Positions 1 to 12,074 of a stretch of DNA of 64,000 nucleotides are shown piece by piece. How positions within the stretch are numbered: position 1 is the stretch's first letter; every line of letters begins with the position of its first letter. This DNA is from Antedon mediterranea (Eukaryota > Animalia > Echinodermata): NCBI RefSeq assembly GCF_964355755.1, contig NC_092671.1, forward strand, positions 16,678,001 to 16,742,000, read 5' to 3'. The notes under the pieces are model-generated. The model was not told the origin of the DNA and made no database searches. It worked only from the letters and a program-made list of their open reading frames with translations. The position numbers and the translations under genes are program-made.

Positions 1-381
1 TAATACATGTTTGTGATCTATTTGAAGCATAATCTCACTTCCTTAGAATACCCGCTTTTGGGTTACACAGTACTTTTAAAATTAAAAACTAATAAAAAAC
101 AAAAATCAAGTCAACTGAATAATATTATGTAATTCAATAAGACATAGGCCTACTACGTAATACAATTTGCATTATCTGTGCAGTAGTATTCCTTGACCTC
201 TTAAAATTATACGATCTGTATAAGAGTAGAGGATGTTTGTATACACAATCGTATGCTTCCGTTAGCATTAGACCCATCAAAAGCGACCAATAATACTTCC
301 GTGTTTACGTTACGTCATCAAACTTCCTTCTAAAACTGTGTTCTACTTAATTCATATGTCATTTTGGAAGAGTATCCTAAG

Positions 382-3300
382 ATGAAGTATCCAATACGAA
401 TGTTTATTGTCGCTATATTGTTTATGTTTTTATCAACATTTGAAGTGTCATGTTCATCATCGCCGATTGTTCTAACAAAATATGGAAGAGTTAAGGGATT
501 TCAGACGGATGAAGCCAACATGTTCTATGGTATCCCGTACGCCACTCCTCCAATTGGCTGGAGACGTTGGCGATCACCAGAAGAGCCTCATTCATGGGAT
601 CCTTTTATTTTTCCAGCTGTGTATCGGCCACCTGGGTGCCCTCAGACATGCGATGAACCACCGAATGCCTGTCCTGAAACTGTAAGTAGGCCTACCAATT
701 ACTAAACAAAATATGGAAGAGTTAGGAAAGACTCAGCAGATTTTCTCCGATGACTCGAACCTAAGCAGCCAACCAAGATGGAAATAGACCATGGAGAAAT
801 ATTAAGTTCACTGTAGTTCCTAAGACAGTGTAAAAAGATTCGTGGCTTACTCAGATATTGTAATGTCGGCCTAATAATACATAGTATTGAGTTAGTAGTA
901 ACTTTTTTAAAGAAGATTTTGTAATAATCTGCACAATATATGGGAACAACTTTAGGTTTCTCAGAATGAAACTCATGCCATTTTTCCAAATAAGTTTGCT
1001 GTAAGGCGTTCGTTTGCTGTTTCTATTTCAAAGTGTTCAGATTTTATTTTTTTTATTTTTCCAATTTTACATTATAGAATATAAAAAAAAATCTATTCCG
1101 ACCTGTTTCTCGGTAATTTGTATATCGCGAACAATATGGAGATCACCGCAAATTGTAAAAATTGAAACTGATCTTAAAAATGTCTTTTAATTGCAGTACC
1201 GTACCACTATCAGAGAACAAGAAATATATTGCAAAAGCTGTCACATTGACCAAGTTCATCGTAAACTTGTTAGGTCATGGGGTGGTCATTACGAAAACAA
1301 CTACCGGATAACAATGGTTTATTTTGGTTACAAGTGAAACAAGGTCACAGGAAAACTTAATCAATTAAATTCAAACTAAATAGACAATTATAAAATATGT
1401 GCCAAGAAAACGTCTTATTAAAATGTGCCAACGATTCCGGGTCTCAGTGGTTTAATTTGATTTAATCGAAAGTTACAATACCACCGGAAAGTTATACAAA
1501 ATGAAACTAATAAATGCGTGCCAAGAAATCCACTACCGTACCTTTGAAGTACTTTGTAGATTTGGACAATTGACCGACACAGATTTGATATTATCAGAGT
1601 TTATCCATATTTGGAGTCCTGGATATACATTTTACTTTAAAAACCTACTCACCCTCTGCCCTTTATAGATTGGTTGAACTACAGTAGCTGTATTCATCTT
1701 GTGTGGCTGATGACATCATCCTAAAAAGATACATTAATCATTATTGATTTAATTTGCATACGGTTTCATTAATTCAATATCTAATTTGAGGAAAATCTAT
1801 AAATTAGAACTATTGCTTTCTTTAACAGTACGTTCATTAGATTTCTTGGGATCTGGGATTTAATCCCGTCAGATGTCCAGGATGTAATATGCGTACTTGA
1901 TGTTAGGCTTTTTTTCTGTTAAACTTAAAGAAGTAATCCACGAAAGACAAAATGGTTGTTTTTTGTTGTTGTAATTAATCCAGTTTAATATTTTTATTAT
2001 GATCTTATATGAGTATTATATTTGATCTGATTAGAAACAAGCAATGCTTGGTCTTAACCAATTTATTTAAAAAAATTGTAATGGTGTGTCAATGCAGGCT
2101 GGGACGTCCCATCGAAAGCGACTGAGTTCGGTGTAGGAGTCTCACCGCCCTCGGATAGCATGTGTGATGTATGCGTTATTTGTTTGTCTGCTAAAATCCG
2201 GAATTGAATTATAAACAAGAATAACATCTGTAGGCCTACACAAAAATATATGTTTTATTATTCCAGTTTTTCATCTTATTTACAGTTTGTTAGAAGATTT
2301 GGAAAACAAAATTATAATAAAAACACTTTTTTTCTGCTTTAGTTTAGTGAAGATTGCCTGTATTTGAACATATTTAGTCCACTTAACACAGACGCGACTT
2401 CTGGATTCCCCGTGATGGTGTTCATACACGGAGGAAGCTTTCTTGATGGTGGAATAGGTGCAAGGATTTATGACGGCAGATTCATAGCAAATATGACAGA
2501 AACCATTGTAGTGACAATTGCTTATCGCCTTGGTGAGTAACAATTAGAGTCTTGGCAGATTATATTGGACAATAAATCAAAGACGTTACGTAACATGTTT
2601 ACTTTTACTTTTGGTGGAAATGCATATACAACATTGACATTGAGTAGAAGACGGACTGATCGAAACTTTTGAAAGTTTTAGAAAGTCTTGTCGCGACCCT
2701 TATGATAGAAACTGAAACATATTTCTGGTTTAATGATTACGAATTGTACTGTATTTGTAAAATTGCAAACCTTCCTTATAACAAAACATTGTTTCTGTTT
2801 CTTACACAGGAGCACTCGGCTTCCTCGTCGTTCAAGGAGATGATCCAATAGAAGGAAACTTCGGGTTTCTGGATCAGCAATTTGCTTTGCAATTTGTACA
2901 AGAAAATATCAAGCAATTTGGTGGAGATCCAGATAGAGTATGTTTGAAAATAATTGTTGTTATTTTTGTAAAATTTCTTTTTTGTTGTTGATGAAAGTTA
3001 AGCCCATTCTTGAACTAATATTTTCTTATATAAGACCTTGATAAAAAGGAAGAACCTATTTAAAAGTTATAAAATATCTAAAATAAATAAGAAAAAATTG
3101 CTACAGTATGTTGTTATTGGCATTTTAAATATCTGGTGGTATGACATTTGTAACCAACTCTATCGACTTTTAGTTCATCATATTGAAATTAAAATTATAG
3201 GCTTATTGCAATTACTGAATTTGTTAAAGTTAAATAAGGAAACAATATTTTAGAACGAACCTTTTATCGTTTTTCAGGTGACGTTGTTTGGTCAGAGTGC

Positions 3301-4306
3301 TGGTGGACAATCAGTCGGTCTTCATCTAATCTCCAATTCCAGTAGCCATCTCTTTGATCGTGCCATCGTCGAGAGTAATCCATTTACTCTTCCATACAGG
3401 AAACACACTGGTGCTCTCTTACTTGGAGACTTCTTAGCTTTGTACCTTAACTGTAGTCTGAGAGATATTGATTGTATGAGACGTTCTTCAGCAAACGATA
3501 TCCTTCAAGCCCAAGATAAAGCTTCATTGAAGTTCATCGACCCAGTTCATTTGCTGCAACTAGTTGAAGCATGGGGTCCAACTATTGGAGGTGAACTGAT
3601 TCCTATGCACCCAATAAAGGCATTCCAAAGTGGTCAGTTTCAGCATAAACCAGTACTAATAGGATCTTTGACCGAAGAAGGTAGAATATTTGTCTATGAA
3701 GCTTTCAGTAGTAGAGTGTCTTTCACTGAATATCTAGAATTAGTGCTTTCTATTTTCCGTGAAGATGCGTATCGTGTTTTGCTTAAATACCCACCGAACA
3801 TACTAAAACTAGATCAACGCGATCTACTAAGTAAGCTTGTTACTGACTACATATTTACATGTTCGACGAGAAACATTACAAGAGGGATTGTAAGCCATGG
3901 AATGCCAAATATCTACAAGTACGTCTTCGATCACGCACTTTCTTTCAGGGAAGCTTGGGGAAAATTCACTTTCTGTCGAGGACACGTCTGCCACTCGTCC
4001 GAATTGCCATTTGTTTTCCATGACGCAACACTCGCAGGTTACAAATACACACACGCTGAATTAAAACTTGCTAATTCCATGGTGTATTATTGGGCAAATT
4101 TTGCTCATAATGCTAATCCAAATCAAAAAGAAGTAAACAAAACTAAAAAGTACCTGAAAAAGTGGCCGGAATTTTCAGCAAAAAGAAATTGGCCATTTAT
4201 GCGTTTCAAAACACCATGGAGCGTTGTGAATAGAGATTTCCAAAATGTAATATGCGAGTTCTGGGACAAAATAGGTTATGAGGCAATTCACTTGCTTAGG
4301 TATTGA
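382..4306 (+). CDS. Secreted type-B carboxylesterase/cholinesterase-family protein, paralog 1 (about 548 aa, 4 exons)
   Basis: Exons 382-681, 2343-2532, 2810-2937, 3278-4306, all GT-AG with consistent phases (0,1,0). Signal peptide MKYPIRMFIVAILFMFL, then [19 protein letters not shown], oxyanion FIHGGS, YRLGALGFL, GNFGFLDQ, FGGDP, nucleophile GQSAG, acid TEEG and His CHSSEL. Confidence 0.93.
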
Positions 4307-4855
4307 TGTTATACAATCATAAAGCAATAGATTATTATTATTTAGCTTACCGAATACAACATTTAACACAAATATTTTCCAGTACACTAGCCGATTATTA
4401 GTATATAGACAAATGCATATCAATTCAATTCTTTTTCAGAGACGGCGTGGCAATGACTTAATAACTGTTTATAAGCAAATACTGTACAATAATCACAATC
4501 CTACATCCCATAATGAGTAACTAAATGCACCAGTGTATTAAACCACGGAGAAAGTAAAGAAACCTCCTTTATGTATAAACCAAAATAACCATGAGTTGCA
4601 TGTAAATAAATATTTTTTAAGTAATCCTTATGACCGTAATATGAGTCGTGTTTAATCGGGCCATAAATACCCGTTTTATGAAATGAATAACAACTTCTTC
4701 TGCACGCGCACATTTCAAACTATTATGGATTAAAACAACTATGAATGTTAACCAGCAGATTTCGCCAAATCTTTAATATACTTTTATTATCGAGCTGGTC
4801 TATGATCTTACTTACAATCTTAGTCAAAGTCGCTGCTATGCCCACTCAAATCACC

Positions 4856-5179
4856 ATGTTAGCTGTATTTGCTTTTCTTTTAACTTGCCTACTTTCTGAG
4901 GCTTACGCGAAAAGTGTAGGAAACGTCGCAGGGTCCGCTACCTGCAGTCAGAAATACACGGACCCCGTTTACACGAAGTATGGAACGTTACAAGGGATAC
5001 TATCAAGTCGTGCAAGGGTGTTCTACGGGATTCCATATGCGATGCCACCGGTTGGGAAGAGGCGATGGAAGGCTCCAGCGGAACCTCATTCGGTCGCAAG
5101 CAACACTTTCTTGAGTATTACTCAGCCTCCAGGGTGCCCACAAGTTTGTGGAGATCCAGTAGGAACCTGTCCAGAAGTG
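4856..5179 (+). CDS. Duplicate first coding exon (exon 1a) of carboxylesterase paralog 2; alternative first exon or orphan exon
   Basis: 108 intact codons (MLAVFAFLL...CPEV) ending at a phase-0 GT donor at 5180; near-identical to 6305-6628. An in-frame upstream ATG exists at 4838. Confidence 0.7.
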
Positions 5180-5291
5180 GTAAATTATTACATTATTACA
5201 GGACTGTGCTAGATGTTTCCATTTATTTTATTGTAATCTATTTAAGAAGTGTCTATAGGCTTCGGCTATAATCGATTAAATTAATTTTTCT

Positions 5292-5570
5292 TTTGGTACA
5301 TAAGCTAGGGACCCCTCATGAAACGTCATAAAATAAACATGAATATATTATTAATCATATTATCCATAAGGTGTGACGTAATTGAGCCAACTATACAATT
5401 CTCTCATGCCGTCTGTATAGTCGAGTGGATTTATGGACTTTACATGTCGATGTATGGGATTCGAATCCCATGAGCAAACTTATTTTTACTTTATAGTTTA
5501 AAGGGTTATGTTTAGTTATATTTAGGAAGTATTTCTTTCACATAAGGGGTCCCAACTTATGTACGAAAAA
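5292..5570. mobile_element. MITE-like element with about 30-bp terminal inverted repeats and an internal tRNA-like A/B-box segment
   Basis: TTTTGGTACATAAGCTAGGGACCCCTCATG versus CATAAGGGGTCCCAACTTATGTACGAAAA; internal TAGTCGAGTGG and GGGATTCGAATCCC (5456-5469). Confidence 0.55.
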
Positions 5571-5679
5571 AAAATCGCGACCCGGACGTGGCAGGTAAAA
5601 CTACTTCTAGTTCAGACCTATGGAGTACGATCGAAACCATAAATCCGTAGGTCTGAACATGCCTTTAAAACTTGTTCAA

Positions 5680-5915
5680 TGTTCAACTGGAAACATTACA
5701 AGAGAGATTGAACCAAGGTATGCCACATATATTCATTCATACGATTTTATTTCTTTCGGAGATACGGGCGTTTTCATTCCCATGATGCAACACTCACATG
5801 CAATTTATTGTTTAGGTATTGATGTTATACAATTATCACAATAAATATATCATAGAGAACAATGTATTACAGCTTTTCGAATACAATTACAAGCTGAAAC
5901 ACACATTATCCAATA
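5680..5915 (+). pseudogene. Deleted remnant of carboxylesterase-1 last exon and 3' UTR
   Basis: GAAACATTACAAGAGAGATTG (about 5690) matches 3870; CCATGATGCAACACTC (about 5780) matches 4018; TTAGGTATTGATGTTATACAAT (about 5812) matches the paralog-1 stop region at 4296. Large internal deletions separate the matches. Confidence 0.75.
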
Positions 5916-6304
5916 CAGTTTTAGGTGACTCAAGTTTATTTATAGTTGTTTAAGATTCCTCACTCAAAATGATTTGTCCTGACGAAACTACTTTGGCTTC
6001 TACTTTCTGAGCTATTCCTGCTTATGTTGTCATTGTATTAACTACGGTACAGCACCTTATGTAATCACCCAGCTTGAGTTGTGAATAAAATATTCAATCA
6101 GGCCATCTGCTAAAAAAATACCAGTTCAATAGCTTTAATCAGCATGCGCGCACACACTGATCAGTAGGATGAATATAGCAGGAATTTTGACCAGCATATT
6201 TTACCGAACAACAATTAACACTGCACCGGTCTATTATGATCGATTATGTCTATGGTAATATTTAAAATTGTTATTGAAGTCATCACTGTCGTACATAAGT
6301 CATC

Positions 6305-9300
6305 ATGTTAGCGGTTGTTGGTTTTCTTTTAACTTGCCTACTTTTCGATGCCCATGCGAAGAGTGTTAGAAACGTCACAGGGTCCGCTAAATGCAGTCAT
6401 AAATATACGGACCCCGTTTACACGAAGTATGGTACGTTACAAGGGGTACTATCAAGTCGTGCGAGGGTGTTCTACGGTATTCCATATGCGATGCCACCGG
6501 TTGGGAAGAGGCGATGGAAGGCTCCAGCGGAACCTCATTCGATCGCAAGCAACACTTTCTTGAGTATTACTCAGCCTCCAGGGTGCCCACAAGTTTGTGA
6601 CGATCCAATGGGAACCTGTCCAGAAGTGGTAAATTATTACATTCATTTACTTATATCAATGAACAGGCCTGTGCTAGATTTTCTATACGTGTTATTTTGT
6701 TTATTTACAGAATAATAATATACTATTGTTAGGATTCCTAATAACCAAGTAAGTATTAAATAAATACATATTCGTATACAAACAGAAAAACAATGCAACA
6801 ACTAAAACAAAATCAACTGTGTATTATTATAAAATTATTTAATCAATCACAGGCCTCTGTATACAAACACTGATCAAAAATAAATTGTATATTTATGCTG
6901 CACAAACAAGTTTCTTGCAAATCTAAATAAGTCATAGATAAAACAATACAATATAGATAATTCTTGGTTTAAAATAATTACAACTATATAGGCCTAATAA
7001 TAATAATAAGATAAGTCTCAATTGCTTACCAAAGATATGCCTGGATAACATGTGCAGCTATAGCTATACCCTATATCAATTACTACTGAACTAAAGCTTT
7101 AGGCTTCTAAGTAAGCCTTGGTACATCTACCACTTCTATAGCTAGGCCAGCTTAGGCTTCTAAGTAAGCCTTTTGTGCTTGCTAGGTCCTTACCCAACAA
7201 GCCTAACTATCCAACTGCCAGCCACAGCCCAAGCAAGCTATACCCTCATTAGCATAACCCATATGGTTGGTCACCTGTTCACTTGACACCCTTCAGTGAA
7301 CACAAGCACAGTATACCTAGCTTGGATTAGGCACTTACATACCCACCCACAATTGCGCATTGCACAATTCTACATACAATTACAATGAAAGTGTAAAATC
7401 CAGGCCTATAATACAAATTATCCATCATCAACTTATTGACTATAATGTTAAACAACAATGTATATAAGTAGCGACAGAAATAAAGCTAAATATAAAGTCC
7501 ATTTAAAGTTTCTTAAGTTTTCTGTGTTTCCTTCTTTTGCTTTGTTCAATTCAGAATAATATAGACAACGCCTCGGATTTACTTTTCCGGATCATCATCA
7601 TAGTTTACTCACAGGTGGCCTTGTCAGGATACTTGCATGTGTCTTTACCTTTACTTGCCGAACAAACCCATCCTTGTTTGGTAATGTCTCCACAACTTTA
7701 CCCATTGGCCACACATTTCTTGGGGTGTTCTCACTTATCAGTAAAACAATATCTCCAATTTTAGCATTTCTTCTTGGAGATAACAACTTTTGTCTTTTTT
7801 GTAACAGCGGAAGATATTCACTTTTCCATCTCTCCCAGAAACGATCAGCCAAATATTGAGCTTGTTTCCATCTTCTCCGGAAGTAATTGGATTTCTCTTC
7901 AGAATTACAAGGTGGTAGATTTACATCACCCTTTAGAAGTATGAGTTGGTTAGGTGTGAGCGGTTTAAGATCGTTAACATCCTCCTGATTGCTTGTTATT
8001 GGCCTATTGTTGACGATGTTTTCCACTTCACAAATGAATGTATGCAAGGTATCATCTGAAAAATTTCTTAATTTCCATTTGTGGCTTCCGCGTTATAGTC
8101 CTTATCACCTCGTTCATATCATTAGAACCAACATTTCTATTAGAAGAAAAAGAATCCTGACAACCCTGCCGGTTTTGCTGAAACAGATGAGTTTGCGTAA
8201 CAGGAACTACCACAGGAGTCTGACAGTCACTGTGTTCGAAGCTAAGCTAGGAATTGTAGTAGGAGCAGGATCTGCTTGAGCAAAGTTTTGGGTTGCCGGT
8301 ACGTTTACGGGAACAGCAGGAACTACCACAGGAGCAACTGACGTTAGCACAGGAATTGTAACATGATCGGCTGGAGCAAAGGCTTGCCTTACATCACCAG
8401 GAACAACAGGGACTACAACAGGATTAAATGGGTCTAAATTTAATACAGGAATAGTAGCAGGATCCGCTGGACCAAACGATAACACATTTCGTCGGTATGC
8501 ACTATCTAGAAACCCTTCCATTGATTACGTACTTTTGTGGCTACCAGAACCACTTCCGCTTGCGAAATCCCTTGCAACATTCAATCTTGCTTCGGCGACG
8601 TCTATCTCTTCTTTTAACTGTTTGAGTTTGAACTCTTCCTGTTGGATTCTCTGCTTTTCTGTGAGACTCCTCTGCCTGGCTAGCAACTCTGCATGTTTTT
8701 GCTCTTCTTGAATCACAGAAGCACTTAGTGATCGCTTAGAAGATTTTGAACTGTTAGTTGATTTCCTGCTTGCGGAGCGATGAGAATTTACCGCCGCAGA
8801 CTGCTCTACCTCTAGCACCGCAAACCAATCCTCTACTTTAACTTTTAAGTTTTCCAACCACACATCTTTGTCTTCAAACCATTTATTATACATTATTCTC
8901 TCTTTCTCGTTCAACTTGACACCCTTCAGTGAACACAAGCACAGTATACCTAGCTTGGATTTGGCACTTACATATATTAAAATGAAACCTATTATGTTTA
9001 TACTAAAACACCAAATTGCACAATAGCATATAACATAGGCCCTATAAGATTTCATAGCGCAATCTGAAACAATAATAGCATGTAGGACTTAAGTAACTGA
9101 AAATGTCATGCCTAAAAATTATGAATAAATAACAATAATATAATATAATAAAAAGGACTCTATTGTTACATTCCATATTAACATAATTAGTATTCTATAT
9201 AATAAAATAATCATTGGGTAGATTAATTTACATTTACAAAATATTAATACGTATCACCACAATAGCCATACATGAATCAAACATGCAGGTACCGTACCAT

Positions 9301-12074
9301 CATCTTTTTATTTGGTGTGTTTATAACTATACAGTTACATTACAAGATAGTATTTCTAATGTGATAATGAGCACTTAAATCCTACTATTCTCTATGCAAA
9401 ATATTTTAGTTATTCTTGTAGAAGCCGTAAGATGAATCCAAGTATTGTAAACTTAAAAAATGTTCTAAAATTCGAGAAATTGATAAACAACATATTGCTT
9501 AAGAACAATAAGATTGACTCATGGAACAAAAAATGGAACTTCTTAAATCTTGATTAGTTGACAATAATCATATTAAGTTGGTTTTATTTGTTTGATTTCT
9601 TATTATATATTTTGTTTTGGGGGAGGGGGGGGGGGTATGTTACTTTTGACATTATGTATTGTATTGTTATAGAAGTATTTAAAAGAAGTAAACAAAAACT
9701 ATACAGTTATTTCAAATTCATTAAATTAAATTCAAAAAGTTGTAAATGCTGTTAAATTGAGATGTAGCATATGGTATTATTGTATTTGTAAAATACTGAA
9801 TTTATTATTTTTTTTGGAATGATTTATTACAATAATCATGATATTTCCTAAAACTGAAACGATTTCCAATTAAAATGGCTTAAATGGCAATATGACCACA
9901 ACAGAAATAAACTCTAAAGCTCTGTCTACACAATCAAACTTAATGTGATGTGCCTATGGACACGATGACGTCATATCACTACCATATTTGGGCACATCAC
10001 ACTTTTTTTGTCAAACTAGTTTAATACTATATGTAGACAGATCGTAAGAAGTTTATGGAAATAGCAAAAAGTGAACATCTAAAAAAAGTACAATCAAAAC
10101 AAGATTGAAAGAAAAAGTTGTATGCTATAACGTTCTAATAATTTTTATTTCAGTACAATGAAGATTGTTTGTATTTAAACATATTTACTCCAGTGGACAC
10201 GAATGAAAACTCAAATCTGCCTGTAATGATATTTGTTCACGGTGGTAACTTCGACCACGGGGGAGCAGCAACTCCACTCTACGACGGCCAGCATTTAGCA
10301 AATACAACAAACACAATATTGGTAGTTATGAATTACAGAGTGGGTAAGTATGTATTGAGAACCCACCCGTATCAAGCAGTGTATGATAAAATTGTATTTA
10401 GTAGGCCTACGTCCCACTGGCAATTACTGTATAATATACGGTTACCAATACTTTCTTTCTTGCTTATTGCTTTTTAAAAATAACTTATACAGTTGAACCC
10501 CTTCTTTGGACACTCTGTTCATGGAATGAACAAATGGCAATATATGTTTTCATACACCCACTAATCAGAGGACACCTCTATTAAGGGGACAATTTGTTAG
10601 GTCACCAGAGTGTCTCCTTAATGTATTTCTACTGTAATGACATTGATAAGTTTGCCATACAAAACAAGATTTTCTAAATGTAGGTGCCCTTGGGTTTTTG
10701 GTGGCTGATGGGGAAGAGGAAAGTCTGGATGGAAACTTCGCTATTTTGGACCAACGATTGGCATTTAAATACGTACAAGAAAATATCGCCGCATTTGGTG
10801 GCAATCCAAAATCGGTAAATATTTTTATTTTGATAGGGCTATAATTATTGATTATCGATATGCTGAATGCAGTTGTTTCTTGTTCACACGAGCTATTTTC
10901 TTTAAGTAAAATGTCGCCCTCTAAAAAGTTTACTGAAGAGACCTTCTACCTTTATAGGCATGTTATATAATACATAATAATTATATTTAATTAGGTGACG
11001 TTATTTGGTCAAAGTGCAGGTGCACAGTCAATCGCCATACATATGACATCATCCGGTAGTGCCAGCCTCTTTCAACGTTCGATTATGCAGAGTAACCCAT
11101 TCACACTACCGTATCGTGATCGGGTTAGTTCCGTAGAGATTGGAGCTCTTTTAGCCGAAAGTCTGGGTTGCGGTTCTGGTGACATTACATGCCTACGCTC
11201 TCGTTCAGCTGACGAGGTTTTGAAAGCACAGCTTATGGTAGCCAGTATGCTTGATTACGATGATCTACTTCAGAATTTTGAATACTGGGGTCCAGTCATC
11301 GATGGCGCTGAGATTCCAATGCATCCTCTCGAAGCATACGCTCAGAACAGTTTCCAAGACAAACCAATGATAATGGGTACCATGAGTGAGGATGCTCTGC
11401 CTTACGTATACACCTTAATGCCAGAACCTGTGTCCGCAACTCTATCAAGCACAGTCATTATTGCTCTATTTGGTCTTATTGATGGGCTAAAACTCACAAA
11501 CACGTACTCTCTTGGACTACTCGATGACGACTCACGCGATGTTCTGTCTGATATGTTCACCGACATGATATTCGCCTGCTCAACGCGATACGCGTCAACT
11601 TCTGCTCAACAAAACGGACAATCCGCCATTTATCTCTACGAATTCGCTCATGCCTTTTCTTTCGAAGAAGCCTGGGGCGAAGACATGTCCTTTTGCTATG
11701 GGCGTGTCTGTCACGGAGGCGACCTACCGTTTATATTTCAAAATGCTAATTACTTGGGTTATGAATACACACCCGAAGAACAGCTTCTGTCGGATAGTAT
11801 GGTGTATTACTGGACCAACTTCGCTCATACCGGAGATCCAAATGAGATTGGCGAGTTGTCAACTGTAAAATACAATCCAATTTACACCGAGTGGCCTTTA
11901 TTTAACACAGATGATGAACTGGCTCAACTGCGGTTAGACACCCCAGTAAACGTTCAACTAACTAATTACAAAACTGATGAATGTGATCTATTTGATTCTA
12001 TAGGGTACGATAACACATATAGTTTAAGTATTGAACTTTTTAATGAAGCTCTTGGGACAGGCAATACAGAATAA
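6305..12074 (+). CDS. Secreted type-B carboxylesterase-family protein, paralog 2 (about 574 aa, 4 exons)
   Basis: Exons 6305-6628, 10154-10343, 10684-10814, 10995-12074 with the same intron positions and phases as paralog 1. Motifs [54 protein letters not shown] at 12080. Confidence 0.92.
7281..8974 (-). mobile_element. Internally deleted BEL/Pao LTR retrotransposon relic in intron 1 of carboxylesterase 2
   Basis: 7598-8047 encodes a BEL/Pao integrase C-terminal region (DUF5641-like: PLTPNQL...[22 protein letters not shown]...WPMGKV...[11 protein letters not shown]). 8207-8913 is a Ser-rich, coiled-coil gag-like region. A 61-bp direct repeat (1 mismatch) lies at 7281-7341 and 8914-8974. No RT or RNase H seen. 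Confidence 0.85.
9918..10043. mobile_element. MITE family B (AGCTCTGTCTACAC TIR), PIF/Harbinger-like
   Basis: TAA-AGCTCTGTCTACAC...TGTAGACAG termini with internal TGTGATGTGCC and CATATCACTACCATATTTGGG shared with five other copies. Confidence 0.75.
10490..10634. mobile_element. Tc1/mariner-like MITE (CAG-terminated, TA target duplication)
   Basis: TA|CAGTTGAACCCC...TTTCTACTG|TA with internal GACACCTCTATTAAGGGGAC; related degenerate copies at about 36597-36747 and 43231-43600. Confidence 0.6.

Noticed and set aside
382-12074. Esterases next to Wnt3 as Notum-like Wnt deacylases
   Set aside because: Their motifs are those of the type-B carboxylesterase/cholinesterase family, whereas Notum belongs to the pectin-acetylesterase family; adjacency alone is no evidence of function.
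382-12074. Acetylcholinesterase or neuroligin call
   Set aside because: Lacks the AChE FGESAG and WNPN choline-site signatures; retains the catalytic Ser and has no TM segment, unlike neuroligins.
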